Source: a bacterium (GTDB lineage: Bacteria; UBA8248). From it: 64,000 nucleotides of DNA. Under the pieces are notes generated by a model. It ran no database searches. It saw nothing but the letters and a program-made list of their open reading frames with translations, and had not been told where the DNA came from. Location: contig OZ253442.1 in assembly GCA_965261085.1 (NCBI GenBank), positions 1,280,001 to 1,344,000 on the forward strand, written 5' to 3'. Position 1 is the stretch's first letter, and each line of letters starts with the position of its first letter. A program made the translations under genes and the position numbers. Below, piece after piece: positions 1 to 9,334 of this stretch.

Positions 1-574
1 CCCCGGCAGCAAGTAAGAATTTTACGATAGATGGATTTTTGCTGTTAGATGCTGCCTTATGTAGGGGGGTCTGTCCGTGTTTATCCCTTGCGCTTACTTT
101 GGCTCCGGCAACAAGCAACACATTTAGAGAGGCTGAGGTTTCCCGATTTAAGGCCGCAGCATGTAAAGGAGTCCATCCATTCTTCCCCTTTGAATTCACT
201 TTAACCCCGGAGGCTAAAAATACTTTTACAATATCTGGTGTTTTGCTGAGTCTCGCCGCTGTGTGCATTGGTGTCCAACTTTGTCTTCCAGCCTGCATAT
301 TGGGATCAGCCCCGGCATCGAGTAGGGTTTTCACGAAGGTCGGGGATTCGCTCCATCCCGCAGCCAAGTACAGGGGCGTCCATCCGCGTTTGTTACGCGC
401 GTTGGGGCTTTTGGTTTTAAGGCAGCGGGAGAGGTCTGCTAAAGTCGCGCGCTTGAAAAAATACTTAGTGTTCCACCTCTCACAAGAAATAGCTGCTGTG
501 GCGGGCGTGGCGCAGTTCCACATCATAAGCCACAAAGATAATCCCACTACGAGTGGTTTGATGGGTAAACGCAT
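1..574 (-). CDS. Secreted ankyrin-repeat protein (3' end runs off window)
   Basis: Not in the ORF track. Manual reverse-strand translation from ATG at 574: MRLPIKPLVVGLSLWLMMWNCATPATAAISCERWNTKYFF...NARNKRGWTPLYLAAG...DAGADPN...SWTPMHTAA...GWTPLHAAA...GQTPLHKAA. Signal peptide plus at least 4 ankyrin TPLHxAA motifs. Confidence 0.9.
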   Translation of the reverse strand, partial: MRLPIKPLVVGLSLWLMMWNCATPATAAISCERWNTKYFFKRATLADLSRCLKTKSPNARNKRGWTPLYLAAGWSESPTFVKTLLDAGADPNMQAGRQSWTPMHTAARLSKTPDIVKVFLASGVKVNSKGKNGWTPLHAAALNRETSASLNVLLVAGAKVSARDKHGQTPLHKAASNSKNPSIVKFLLAAG

Positions 575-647
575 CCCCTTCACTATCCTTTTCGACTAAA
601 CACTATGCGTCATTTGAACCACACTTCGTTTCGTCTCGCCCCGAAAA

Positions 648-790
648 CTACACCGGTTGCGCGCCCCGGATCATCAGGGCGGACACATAGGTCCGCCCCT
701 ACGGCAAATACGATGATTTTGTAGGGTCAGACATATATGTCTGACCTGTGTGTTCTCCCTATTCCCTACACCGGTTGCGCGCCCTGGATC
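648..790. repeat. 25-bp direct repeat of the tauD 3' end bracketing a pair of GTAG-type REP palindromes
   Basis: ctacaccggttgcgcgccc(c/t)ggatc at 648-672 and 766-790. REPs: agggcggacacataggtccgcccctac (676-702, minus) and gtagggtcagacatatatgtctgacct (721-747). Confidence 0.85.
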
Positions 791-1674
791 TGGGTGCGGT
801 GCATCAGGCGCGGGTGCGTGCCCGCATGGGGCTCGCGGTAGTGCATGGCGCAGCGATTATCCCAGAGAAGCACGTCGCCGAGCCGCCAGACGTGCGCCCA
901 GACGAGTTCATCGCGGCTGGCTTGCTCCCAGAGAAAATCGAGAAGCTCCTCGCTCTCCTGTTCTTCCATGTCGTCGATGTACTGGGAGGGATAGACCCGC
1001 CTGCGGCCGAGATAGAGCGCTTTTCTGCCCGAGAGCGGATGCGTGCACACGAGGGGATGGTGCGGCCCCGGCACCTCGGATGGTTTGGTGGGCAGCTTGA
1101 CGCCGGGCCTGAGCGTGCCCGCGGAGTTTCGGCTCGCATCGTGCACGGCGGTTTTGCCCTCGATTTTCTGTTTCACATCCTCGGGCAGGGTTTCATAGGC
1201 CATGTATTGGTTGCTGAAGCAGGTGTTCCCGCCCGATGGAGGCAGCTTCCGCCCGTAGAGCATGCTGCCCGCGGGCGGTTTTTCGGTGTAGGAATTATCG
1301 TTGTGCCAGACGACCTCGCCGCTCCCGAGGCTTTCGTTCTGCTGCACGGGATTTCCGTTTTCATCCAGGTTGTGGACGACGGTGATTTCGGGATACTTGG
1401 CCGCCCAGGTCTGTTCTTTCCCCGCCTTGTCGTAGAAGGCCTTGGCGGCGGGCGCCACGGCCTCGCCGAAGATGCGCGTGGCGTCCAGGTGCTGCTCCTC
1501 GCTCATCTCCTGATCGCGGAACAACAAGACCAGATGCTCCGTCCATGCGTCGCGCAGGGCTTCTTTCACCTCCTCGGGCATGGGTTGGGCCAGGTCGACG
1601 CCTCTGATCTCAGCACCCAAGGCGCTTCCCGTCGGCGCCACTTCCAGACTATCGAGTGAATTCTTCGTGCTCAT
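766..1674 (-). CDS. TauD/TfdA family Fe(II)/2-oxoglutarate dioxygenase
   Basis: GAEIRGVDL, WHNDNSY (HxD), GGNT.F, WDNRCAMHYR, RLMHR motifs. Confidence 0.92.
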   Translation of the reverse strand: MSTKNSLDSLEVAPTGSALGAEIRGVDLAQPMPEEVKEALRDAWTEHLVLLFRDQEMSEEQHLDATRIFGEAVAPAAKAFYDKAGKEQTWAAKYPEITVVHNLDENGNPVQQNESLGSGEVVWHNDNSYTEKPPAGSMLYGRKLPPSGGNTCFSNQYMAYETLPEDVKQKIEGKTAVHDASRNSAGTLRPGVKLPTKPSEVPGPHHPLVCTHPLSGRKALYLGRRRVYPSQYIDDMEEQESEELLDFLWEQASRDELVWAHVWRLGDVLLWDNRCAMHYREPHAGTHPRLMHRTQIQGAQPV

Positions 1675-1852
1675 TTTTGTGAACTCCTATTGCTGGGGTT
1701 TCTCTTATCCGGGAGCAGATTCCCCGGATGTAGTGATTGGATGTTTGAGTCAGTGTATAAAAACAGCGCCTATATGTAAATAATTCCAGCCCTTTGATGA
1801 TGGAAGCCCATATTCCGGAACAGATGGAACAGATCTCCACGCTTGAGGAATT

Positions 1853-3040
1853 CTAGGTGGCGGCGCTCGCCCGCGCGCGCCTTTTCTGCTCCGCGTGAAT
1901 GAGCCAGGCGATGCTCGTGGCGAGGAGGCAGAGCAGGGAGTAGAAGAGAAACGATTCCCGGAGTCCCACCGCCTGGGCGATGAGTCCCCCCAGGAAGGGC
2001 GACGCGACAGACGCCGCCTCGTTCGCCGTATACATGAGGCCGATGGCGCTCGTGCGGTTTTTCTCGCGAACCACGCCGGTGGTGAGGGTGAGCATGAGGC
2101 TCTGGGAGGGATTGAGGCACGCGCCCAGTAGCGCGAGCAGGCCCAGAGAGATGATCATCGATTCGGCGCGTGACAAAAAAGCGAGGGCGAGGGCGCTCGT
2201 CGCCATCATGATGATGATGATGCGCGTCTCGTTCTTCCCGTCGGTGTATTTCCCCCATATCACGGCGAAGACCGTGCCGACCAGGAAATAGCCCGTGAGC
2301 ACCCAGCCCACCTCGATGGTGCCGAGCCCCAGTCCCTCGGCCAGCAGAAGCGGCAGGAACGTCATGATGCCGCGCAGGCCCATCACCCGGCAGGAGGAGA
2401 GCAGGGTCATCAGGATCATGAATTTATCGCCAAACAACTCTGCGAAGGTGGATTTGGCCTCTTTCGCCATCGATTTTCGCTCGCTGGGCACGTCCTGAAA
2501 CCGCAGCCAGATGACGAGGGCGCAGGCGATGCCCGGCAGCACGAAATACTGAGCCGCGGCCTGCCAACTCGCGAGATAGACCGCGAGCCAGCCCATGGCC
2601 ACCGGCGTCAGGATGCTGCCGAAGTCACCGCCCGCCTTGAAAAGGCCCATGGCGAGGCCCCGGTTCCTGGGGCTTTCGCGGGCGATCATCGAAACCGCAG
2701 CGGGGTGATAGGCCGAACACCCCAATCCGCTCAGGAAGACGAAGATGAGCAGGGTCGCATAGGTGGTCGAATAGCCGTAGAACCAGGCGGGCAGGGCGTT
2801 GAACAGCAGAGAGAGGCCCAGAATCAGGCGGGTTTTTCCCGTAAAATCCCCGAGAAAGGAGATCGGCAACTGAAAGAGGCTGCTCGATAGGGCGTAGACG
2901 GAAGCGATGAGGCCCGTCTGGGCGTAGTTCAGGCCGAAATCCGCCATGATGAGCGGGAGGATGGGCGTCAGCATCCGGTTGTAGACCGAGTTCACCGAGT
3001 GGCTCGACGCGATGATGAGGATGTTGGCGTTGAAGTTCAT
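1853..3040 (-). CDS. MFS transporter (Fsr-like)
   Basis: About 12 hydrophobic helices and GLGCSAYHPAA motif. Start trimmed to ATG 3040 (MNFNAN). Confidence 0.85.
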   Translation of the reverse strand: MNFNANILIIASSHSVNSVYNRMLTPILPLIMADFGLNYAQTGLIASVYALSSSLFQLPISFLGDFTGKTRLILGLSLLFNALPAWFYGYSTTYATLLIFVFLSGLGCSAYHPAAVSMIARESPRNRGLAMGLFKAGGDFGSILTPVAMGWLAVYLASWQAAAQYFVLPGIACALVIWLRFQDVPSERKSMAKEAKSTFAELFGDKFMILMTLLSSCRVMGLRGIMTFLPLLLAEGLGLGTIEVGWVLTGYFLVGTVFAVIWGKYTDGKNETRIIIIMMATSALALAFLSRAESMIISLGLLALLGACLNPSQSLMLTLTTGVVREKNRTSAIGLMYTANEAASVASPFLGGLIAQAVGLRESFLFYSLLCLLATSIAWLIHAEQKRRARASAAT

Positions 3041-3307
3041 GCCACCAAAATTCCCGGGTGGGGAGAAAGGGTCGATTATGAAGCCGGGGCCATTCATACC
3101 ATCAAACGGCGAGTGCGGGGAAGCAATGGCGGGGTCGGGGAGAAGGGGAAACAAGCGCTTTCCCCCATGCGGGGCGTTCGGTGGTAGAGCCCGATGATGG
3201 CTATCGATGCCCATGCGCGATACATGAGGATTTGATATTGTGTGATTGAAACGACTATGCGGTCACCATGATAGAGCCTACAAGAGGGCGCGAAGGGACA
3301 TTATCGC

Positions 3308-4930
3308 GTGAAATTGAAATACGATTTCGATACGCTCCGCGGAGATGTTTTCGGCGGCGTCACCGCCATGGTGGTGGCCTTGCCGCTCTCGCTGGCCTAC
3401 GGCGTGGCGTCGGGCATGGGGGCTGCGGCGGGTCTGTACGGCGCGATAGCGGTGGGTTTTTTCGCGGCGGTCTTCGGCGGCACGGCGACCCAGATATCCG
3501 GCCCCACGGCGCCGATGGCCATCGTCATGGCGGTCATCATCACCAACTACGCGGAGAATCTCACCGAAGCCCTGACGGTGGTCGTCCTCGGCGGGCTCTT
3601 CCAGGCGCTTCTGGGCGTTTTGAAGCTCGGCCGCTTCGTGGCCTACACGCCCTACGTGGTCGTCTCGGGTTTCATGTCCGGCATCGGCGTGCTCGTGATG
3701 GCGATTCAGGTCCTGCCCTTTTTCGGTTCGGCGCCCGCGCCCGGCGGCGCCGTGGGCATGATTTCTGCGCTGCCGGCTACGCTCACCAACATCAATTCGA
3801 GCGCCCTAGGCGTAGGCGCCGTCACGCTCGGCGTTGCGATTGTCTGGCCTCAGCGGTTCCGGAAAATCCTGCCGACTCCCCTCGTGGGGCTCGTCGTCGG
3901 CACGCTGGTGGGCGTCTTGTGGCTGAACGACGCGCCCATCATCGGGAAGGTGCCGACCGGCCTGCCGGGGCTGCAACTGGGGCTGCCCTCGCTGAGCTTT
4001 CTGGCGCGCGCGGTGGAGCCCGCGCTCATTCTCGCCCTGATCGGTTCGGTGGTCAGTCTGCTCACCTGCCTCGTGGCCGACTCGCTCACCCGCACGAGCC
4101 ACGACCCGGACCGCGAACTCATAGGCCAGGGCGTCGGCAACGCGTTCGCGGGCCTCATCGGGGGACTGCCCGGCGCCGGGACTCCCGTGTATACGGTGCC
4201 CAATATCCGCTCCGGCGGGCGGACCCGGGCGGCGGGCGCGATATTCGCGCTGCTCCTGCTGGCGCTCCTGCTGGGTCTCGGGCCCTACGTCGAGTCGATT
4301 CCTCTCGCCGCTCTCGCGGGCGTTCTGATCAAGGTCGGCTGGGACATCATCGACTGGCGCCTCCTCACCCGTTTGCACCGCATCCGGCGCGAACATCTTT
4401 TCGTCCTGCTGACGACGCTGTGCCTCACGGTGTTCGTCGATCTGATAAGCGCCGTGGCGATGGGGATGATCGTCGCGGGTCTCGCCCACGCGGGACAGCT
4501 CGAGAACATGGAACTCGACAGCGTGGTCTCCGTGCCCCTGCTGGACCAGATGTTCCTCTACGAGGGGGAGGAAGTCGAAGGGGCGGACCCGTTCGAGGCG
4601 CGGGTCGGCATGGTGGCGCTCCGGGGGAGCTTCACCGTCGCGTCGTCCAAAAAACTGGTCCGGACGATAAGCCTGGACATCAAGGATCACGAGGTCGTCA
4701 TCTTCGATTTTTCGGGCGCCACCTACATCGACGACAGCGCCGCCATGGTCATCAAGCAACTCATCGACGTCGCCACCGATGAGGAGACCGAAACCATCGC
4801 CATAGGACTTTCGGGCGACGTCGCGGAGACCCTCGATGCGCTCGACGTCCTGAGGGAGGTGCCGCCGGAGCGCATCGTCGAAAACCTGGATGAGGCGCGA
4901 GAGATCGCGAAGCCTCTACTGGGCGTTTGA
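3308..4930 (+). CDS. SulP/SLC26 anion permease with STAS domain (copy 1)
   Basis: GDVFGGVTA..VALPL, GLYGAI, ISGPT, GFMSGIG, ELIGQGVGN; C-terminal STAS motif IFDFSGATYIDDSA. Confidence 0.95.
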   Translation: MKLKYDFDTLRGDVFGGVTAMVVALPLSLAYGVASGMGAAAGLYGAIAVGFFAAVFGGTATQISGPTAPMAIVMAVIITNYAENLTEALTVVVLGGLFQALLGVLKLGRFVAYTPYVVVSGFMSGIGVLVMAIQVLPFFGSAPAPGGAVGMISALPATLTNINSSALGVGAVTLGVAIVWPQRFRKILPTPLVGLVVGTLVGVLWLNDAPIIGKVPTGLPGLQLGLPSLSFLARAVEPALILALIGSVVSLLTCLVADSLTRTSHDPDRELIGQGVGNAFAGLIGGLPGAGTPVYTVPNIRSGGRTRAAGAIFALLLLALLLGLGPYVESIPLAALAGVLIKVGWDIIDWRLLTRLHRIRREHLFVLLTTLCLTVFVDLISAVAMGMIVAGLAHAGQLENMELDSVVSVPLLDQMFLYEGEEVEGADPFEARVGMVALRGSFTVASSKKLVRTISLDIKDHEVVIFDFSGATYIDDSAAMVIKQLIDVATDEETETIAIGLSGDVAETLDALDVLREVPPERIVENLDEAREIAKPLLGV

Positions 4931-4970
4931 GGCGAAGGGTGCGCATCGAGATGGATAAGGGTTTCCTCAC

Positions 4971-6587
4971 TTGAACTACAATCTTAAGACGCTTCGCGGA
5001 GATATTTTCGGCGGCGTAACCTCGACGGTGGTGGCGCTGCCCTTTGCGCTCTCCTTCGGCGTGGCGTCGGGCATGGGCGCGGCGGCGGGCCTCTACGGCG
5101 CAATAGCGGTGGGTTTTTTCACGGCGCTGTTCGGCGGTACGCGAACCGTCATTTCAGGTCCCGCGTCTTCCATGACCGTCGCCATGGCGGTCATCGTCAC
5201 CACCCACGCGACGAACCTCAACGAAGCCCTGGTCATCGTCGTTCTGGGCGGTCTGCTGCAAGTGCTTCTGGGTGCCCTGGGGGCCGGGCGCTTCGTGGTC
5301 TACACGCCCTACGTGGTCGTCTCGGGCTTCATGTCCGGCATCGGCGTCATCATCATGATGATAGAGGTCCTGCCCTTTCTCGGCGCACCGCCTGCGCCCG
5401 GCGGATTCACGGGCGCGGTTCTCGCACTGCCTGAGGCGTTGGCCGGGTTCAACGCAGACGCCTTTGGCGTCGCCGCCGCCACGCTCGCCGCCTTCGTGTT
5501 CTGGCCTCGCCGCTTCGCGAGATTTCTGCCCGCTCCCCTGGTGGGGCTCGCCGTCGGCGCGCTTCTGGGCGTGATGTGGCTGAACGGTGCGCCCACCATC
5601 GGGCGGATGCCGGCCGGTCTGCCGGGATTGGAGCTGGGTCTGCCCTCCGCCGGCTTCCTGGCGGGGGCCGTACAGCCGGCGATCGTTCTCGCCCTACCGG
5701 GCTCCATAGACAGCCTCCTGGCCGCTCTGGTGGCCGACTCGCTGACCGGCTCGCGCCACAATCCGAACCGTGAACTGGTGGGACAGGGGATTGGCAACGT
5801 GGCCGCAGGCCTCATCGGCGGCCTGCCCGGCGCAGGCGCCACCGTGAGCACGGTGACGAACATCCGCGCGGGGGGGCAGACCCCGGTATCGGGCATGTTG
5901 CGCGCCGTGCTCCTGCTGGCGCTCCTGCTGGGTTTCGGGCCGTACGTCGAGTCGATTCCTCTCGCCGCTCTCGTGGGCGTTCTGATGAAAGTGGGCTGGG
6001 ACATCATCGACTGGCGGCTTCTGCGCCGCATCCGCCACATCCGGCGCGAACACCTCTTCGTCATGCTGACGACGCTGTGCCTCACGGTGTTCGTCGATCT
6101 GATAAGCGCCGTGGCGATGGGGCTGATCATCGCGGGTCTGGCCAACGCGGGACAACTCGAGAACCTCGAACTCGACAGCGTGGTCTCCGTGCCGCTGCTG
6201 GACCAGATGTTCCTCTACGAGGGGGAGGAAGTCGAAGGGTCGGACCCGTTCGAGGCGCGGGTCGGCATGGTGGCGCTCCGGAGGAGCTTCACCGTCGCGT
6301 CGTCCAAGAAACTGGTCTGGACGATAAGCCTGGACATCAAGGATCACGAGGTCGTCATCTTCGATTTCTCGGGCGCCACCTATCTCGACGACAGCGCCGC
6401 CATGGTCATCAAGAAACTCATCGACGTCGCCGCGCAGGAGCGCACCGAGTTCATCGTGACGGGCATCTCGGGCGACGTCGCGCACACCCTCCACGCGTTC
6501 GACGTTCTGCGGGACGTGCCGCAAGAGCGCATCGTCGAGACCCTCGAAGAAGCGCGGGAGACCGCGAAGAACATCCTGGGCGTGTAG
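4971..6587 (+). CDS. SulP/SLC26 anion permease with STAS domain (copy 2)
   Basis: Same motifs as copy 1; tandem paralog with TTG start. Confidence 0.95.
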   Translation: MNYNLKTLRGDIFGGVTSTVVALPFALSFGVASGMGAAAGLYGAIAVGFFTALFGGTRTVISGPASSMTVAMAVIVTTHATNLNEALVIVVLGGLLQVLLGALGAGRFVVYTPYVVVSGFMSGIGVIIMMIEVLPFLGAPPAPGGFTGAVLALPEALAGFNADAFGVAAATLAAFVFWPRRFARFLPAPLVGLAVGALLGVMWLNGAPTIGRMPAGLPGLELGLPSAGFLAGAVQPAIVLALPGSIDSLLAALVADSLTGSRHNPNRELVGQGIGNVAAGLIGGLPGAGATVSTVTNIRAGGQTPVSGMLRAVLLLALLLGFGPYVESIPLAALVGVLMKVGWDIIDWRLLRRIRHIRREHLFVMLTTLCLTVFVDLISAVAMGLIIAGLANAGQLENLELDSVVSVPLLDQMFLYEGEEVEGSDPFEARVGMVALRRSFTVASSKKLVWTISLDIKDHEVVIFDFSGATYLDDSAAMVIKKLIDVAAQERTEFIVTGISGDVAHTLHAFDVLRDVPQERIVETLEEARETAKNILGV

Positions 6588-6618
6588 GGGGGGGGCGCGG
6601 AGCGCGCTCCTGGATTTT

Positions 6619-6972
6619 TCAGGCGGAGACGGCGTCTGTCGGCGGACTCGCCGGCTCGATCCCGGGCAGGATGTCGGCGAGTTCGTGTTTTGCCGCTTCC
6701 AGGTCATAGGTCATCTGCATGCGCAGCCATAACTTCGCCGCCTCGTCGTCCTTGCCGCATAGCCGGGTGAAACGAAGCGCCAGATTCGGCGTGACACGTT
6801 CCGGGTTGTTCTCACGGATGACGGCATGGAGCCGCTGACGAGAGATGCCCATGCGTTTTGCCGTTTCGGTGACGCTCAGCCGGAGACCTTCCTTGAGGAT
6901 GACGCTCCAGGCTTCACCCGGGTGGGAGGCCCGCATACCGCGCGCACCGGCGGGGAGTTCTTTCTTGCTCAT
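6619..6972 (-). CDS. higA: HigA-family antitoxin (HTH)
   Basis: HPGE..LKE..LSVTETAKRMGISRQRL...TPNLALR...WLRMQMTYDL. ATG at 6972 overlaps the higB stop (TAATG). Confidence 0.88.
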   Translation of the reverse strand: MSKKELPAGARGMRASHPGEAWSVILKEGLRLSVTETAKRMGISRQRLHAVIRENNPERVTPNLALRFTRLCGKDDEAAKLWLRMQMTYDLEAAKHELADILPGIEPASPPTDAVSA

Positions 6973-7252
6973 TAGTGATAATCCTCCAGGTCGACGCAGA
7001 GAGCCGCGTCGTCGTCTTCGCTCCACTCGAACGTGAGCCGCCAATTGCCTGTTACGCGCACGGCGTATCGCTTCGGTTCGCCCTGGAGTGGGTGATAACC
7101 GAAGCCAGGTTGGTTCATGTCCTCGGGCCGCGCCGAAGCGTCAAGAGCATTCAAAAGTAACGTACACGCTTTCTCATGTTGGCGTTGATGCGGGAGTCGT
7201 CGTCCCGATTCCAAAGACGCTTCAACGCCCGCTCCTTGAAGCTCTTGATCAT
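6972..7252 (-). pseudogene. higB: HigB/RelE-family toxin, frameshifted (apparent 1-nt deletion near 7160)
   Basis: ATG 7252 gives MIKSFKERALKRLWNRDDDSRINANMRKRVRYF*. The HigB C-terminus LLLNALDAS..DMNQPGFGYHPLQG..YAVRVTGNWRLTF..VDLEDYH continues in the -1 frame. Confidence 0.82.
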
Positions 7253-7259
7253 AGGTGCA

Positions 7260-7288
7260 ATTTTAATGCGTCAAGTTTGTTGTGTCAA
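7260..7288 (-). promoter_or_regulatory. sigma70 promoter of higBA (probably leaderless mRNA)
   Basis: Minus-strand TTGACA-N17-TAAAAT ending 7 nt before the higB ATG. Confidence 0.7.
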
Positions 7289-7514
7289 CTAATGCATTAC
7301 ATTTCGGCAAGATTCGGATGAGAAAGGCATCATGCTGGTGGTGATAGTTTCCTGAGCGGTCTTGTTTTAGTTATTCCTATACACAATCGGCAATAATTTC
7401 TGAAAAAGTTATAAAAACAAATAAGAAAGTTGCAAATAAAACAATAATTAGTTTATAGTTCGCCGCATTAAGTTGTAAATATTAAATGAGAAAGTTTTAA
7501 ATAGGTCGTTTCAT

Positions 7515-8543
7515 ATGGTCAAAATCAGACAAACCGAGGAAATAAGAGAGTACATCCTCAACAGCGTAGAAGCGCATCCCCAGCATATCGCCAGGATGAC
7601 GTCCGAGAGATTCGGGATCTCCAGGCCCGCCGTGAGCAAACACTTAAGGTCGCTTATAGAGGGTGGTTTTCTGGAGGCGAGCGGCTCAACGAGCGCGCGT
7701 AGGTATTCGCTGCGAGAAATCCTGGATGAGAGTTGGAGGTTCAAGGTCGATGAAATCGAGGAAGACCGCGTTTGGCGTGAAAATGTACGACCCCACCTTA
7801 AGGAGCTTCCCGAAAATATTTTTGACATTTGTTATTACGGTTTTACGGAAATGCTCAACAATGTGATTGATCATTCAGAGTCGGAAGAAGCCCTGGTTCA
7901 CCTGTCTCGAACTGCAACGAACCTTACGATTAATGTGATAGACGCAGGCGTTGGAATTTTCAAGAAGATTCAGGCGGAGTTTGACTTGCATGATCCCCGC
8001 CACGCTCTCCTGGAACTATCGAAAGGGAAACTCACGACGGATGAGGCGAGGCACACTGGCGAAGGGATATTTTATACTTCGCGAATGTTCGACAAGTTTA
8101 CTATCGTCTCGGACACTCTTTGTTTTATTCGTGAAAACGATGAAGATGACTGGCTGATTGAAACATCGGAGGGAGAGAGCCTTCAAGGAACCATAATCAG
8201 GCTGGAAATAAAAACAAAGACCCAAAGAACGTCGCTGGAAGTTTTCGAGAAATTCGCCGCCGGGGAGGAGGATCTGGATTTTTCCCGAACCCACGTTCCT
8301 CTTCAGCTTCTATTATATGAAGGAGAAGAGCTTATTTCCCGCTCCCAGGCGAAGAGATTGTTGATACGCCTCGATGGCTTCAGGGAAGTCCTCCTCGATT
8401 TCAAGGGGATCAAAAGAATCGGACAGGCTTTCGCGGATGAAATTTTCAGGGTCTACAAGAACACGCATCCCCATGTAGAAATTGTTGACGTCGGGGCGAC
8501 CGAGCATGTGCAGCAAATGATCAACCGGGCAAGACGCCGTTGA
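7515..8543 (+). CDS. HTH + HATPase-like + STAS-like (DUF4325-type) protein
   Basis: N-terminal HTH (FGISRPAVSKHL); GHKL motifs TEMLNNVIDHS, DAGVGI, HTGEGIF; C-terminal SRSQAKRL..LDFKGIKRIGQAFADEIFR. Confidence 0.85.
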   Translation: MVKIRQTEEIREYILNSVEAHPQHIARMTSERFGISRPAVSKHLRSLIEGGFLEASGSTSARRYSLREILDESWRFKVDEIEEDRVWRENVRPHLKELPENIFDICYYGFTEMLNNVIDHSESEEALVHLSRTATNLTINVIDAGVGIFKKIQAEFDLHDPRHALLELSKGKLTTDEARHTGEGIFYTSRMFDKFTIVSDTLCFIRENDEDDWLIETSEGESLQGTIIRLEIKTKTQRTSLEVFEKFAAGEEDLDFSRTHVPLQLLLYEGEELISRSQAKRLLIRLDGFREVLLDFKGIKRIGQAFADEIFRVYKNTHPHVEIVDVGATEHVQQMINRARRR

Positions 8544-8800
8544 TGCGTGTGTGAATGAAGAGGCGGCTTTCTGGCCGATTCCTCATCGGCGCAGAGGCTT
8601 CACGCCGAAGAGCAGCGTGGCGTCGCCGCTCCCTTGTAATCAGTGTAATCAGTCGCTCCCCCGCTACAGCCGATGAGAGCGAAAAAGGCGATGAGGGGCG
8701 TGGGGCGTTTTCGCATGAGGGGTGGCCCTTGTGGCGTCGGGTCCATCAGTGGAGCCATGCGTGATGTTAGCCCACATGGGGATTTGGGGCTATGGGGGTA

Positions 8801-9334
8801 TTAGCTCACCAGTGCTTTGTAATATATGGACTGGCCACATTTGATTGTCTTAAAGGGACGATTTGGTTGCTTGTTTTTTACTGGAGTAGATCTACGTTTT
8901 TTGATGCTGCCAGTGATATGAAGCAAAATGAGATGCTGATTTTTAATCGCAGGATTTAGATAATTTGGGTCATTAAAAAAACGATAGCCTATAGAAGCGC
9001 AATAATCCATCACGCACTGTGCTCCATGAAGTTGCCGCTCGACTTCCGTTCTTTGAAATTTGCCGGATTTAAGCTCGATAAATACGATTTCATCATTATT
9101 GACTACCGCATAATCGGCGCGTTTTGCTATGCCGTGCCTGCCGTTTAAGAAATCGGTTTTCTCCTTGAACCTGTCTATTTTTACGAGGAGGCTATCCGGC
9201 GGCAAACCTTTCAATTCGATTTGATAAGGATTCGATGGGTCGGTTTCTTTCAGAATCGCCACGCCTTGGCTAGAGACTTTTGTGATGGATGATTGATGGA
9301 GAATGCCGCGTAAATTATCGGTGCAGGGCGCCAC
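8801..9334 (-). CDS. Hypothetical protein with PD-(D/E)xK-like nuclease motif
   Basis: KRADYAVV...IVFIELKSG...QL. GTG start immediately after the ATPase stop. Confidence 0.7.
   Translation of the reverse strand: MAPCTDNLRGILHQSSITKVSSQGVAILKETDPSNPYQIELKGLPPDSLLVKIDRFKEKTDFLNGRHGIAKRADYAVVNNDEIVFIELKSGKFQRTEVERQLHGAQCVMDYCASIGYRFFNDPNYLNPAIKNQHLILLHITGSIKKRRSTPVKNKQPNRPFKTIKCGQSIYYKALVS

Noticed and set aside
39-599. 186-aa plus-strand ORF
   Set aside because: Antisense shadow of the ankyrin gene on the minus strand.
6587-6595. G homopolymer as a phase-variation tract
   Set aside because: Lies after the sulP stop between convergent genes, so no frame or promoter is affected.
3268-6707. Long alternative-frame ORFs (504, 317, 278, 337 aa) over the sulP genes
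   Set aside because: Arg/Gly/Ala-rich shadow ORFs caused by high GC3, with no recognisable motifs. The same applies to 39018-40370, 57037-57918 and 60111-61418.
7150-7155. higB TGA as a selenocysteine codon
   Set aside because: Homology continues in a different frame, so readthrough would not restore HigB.
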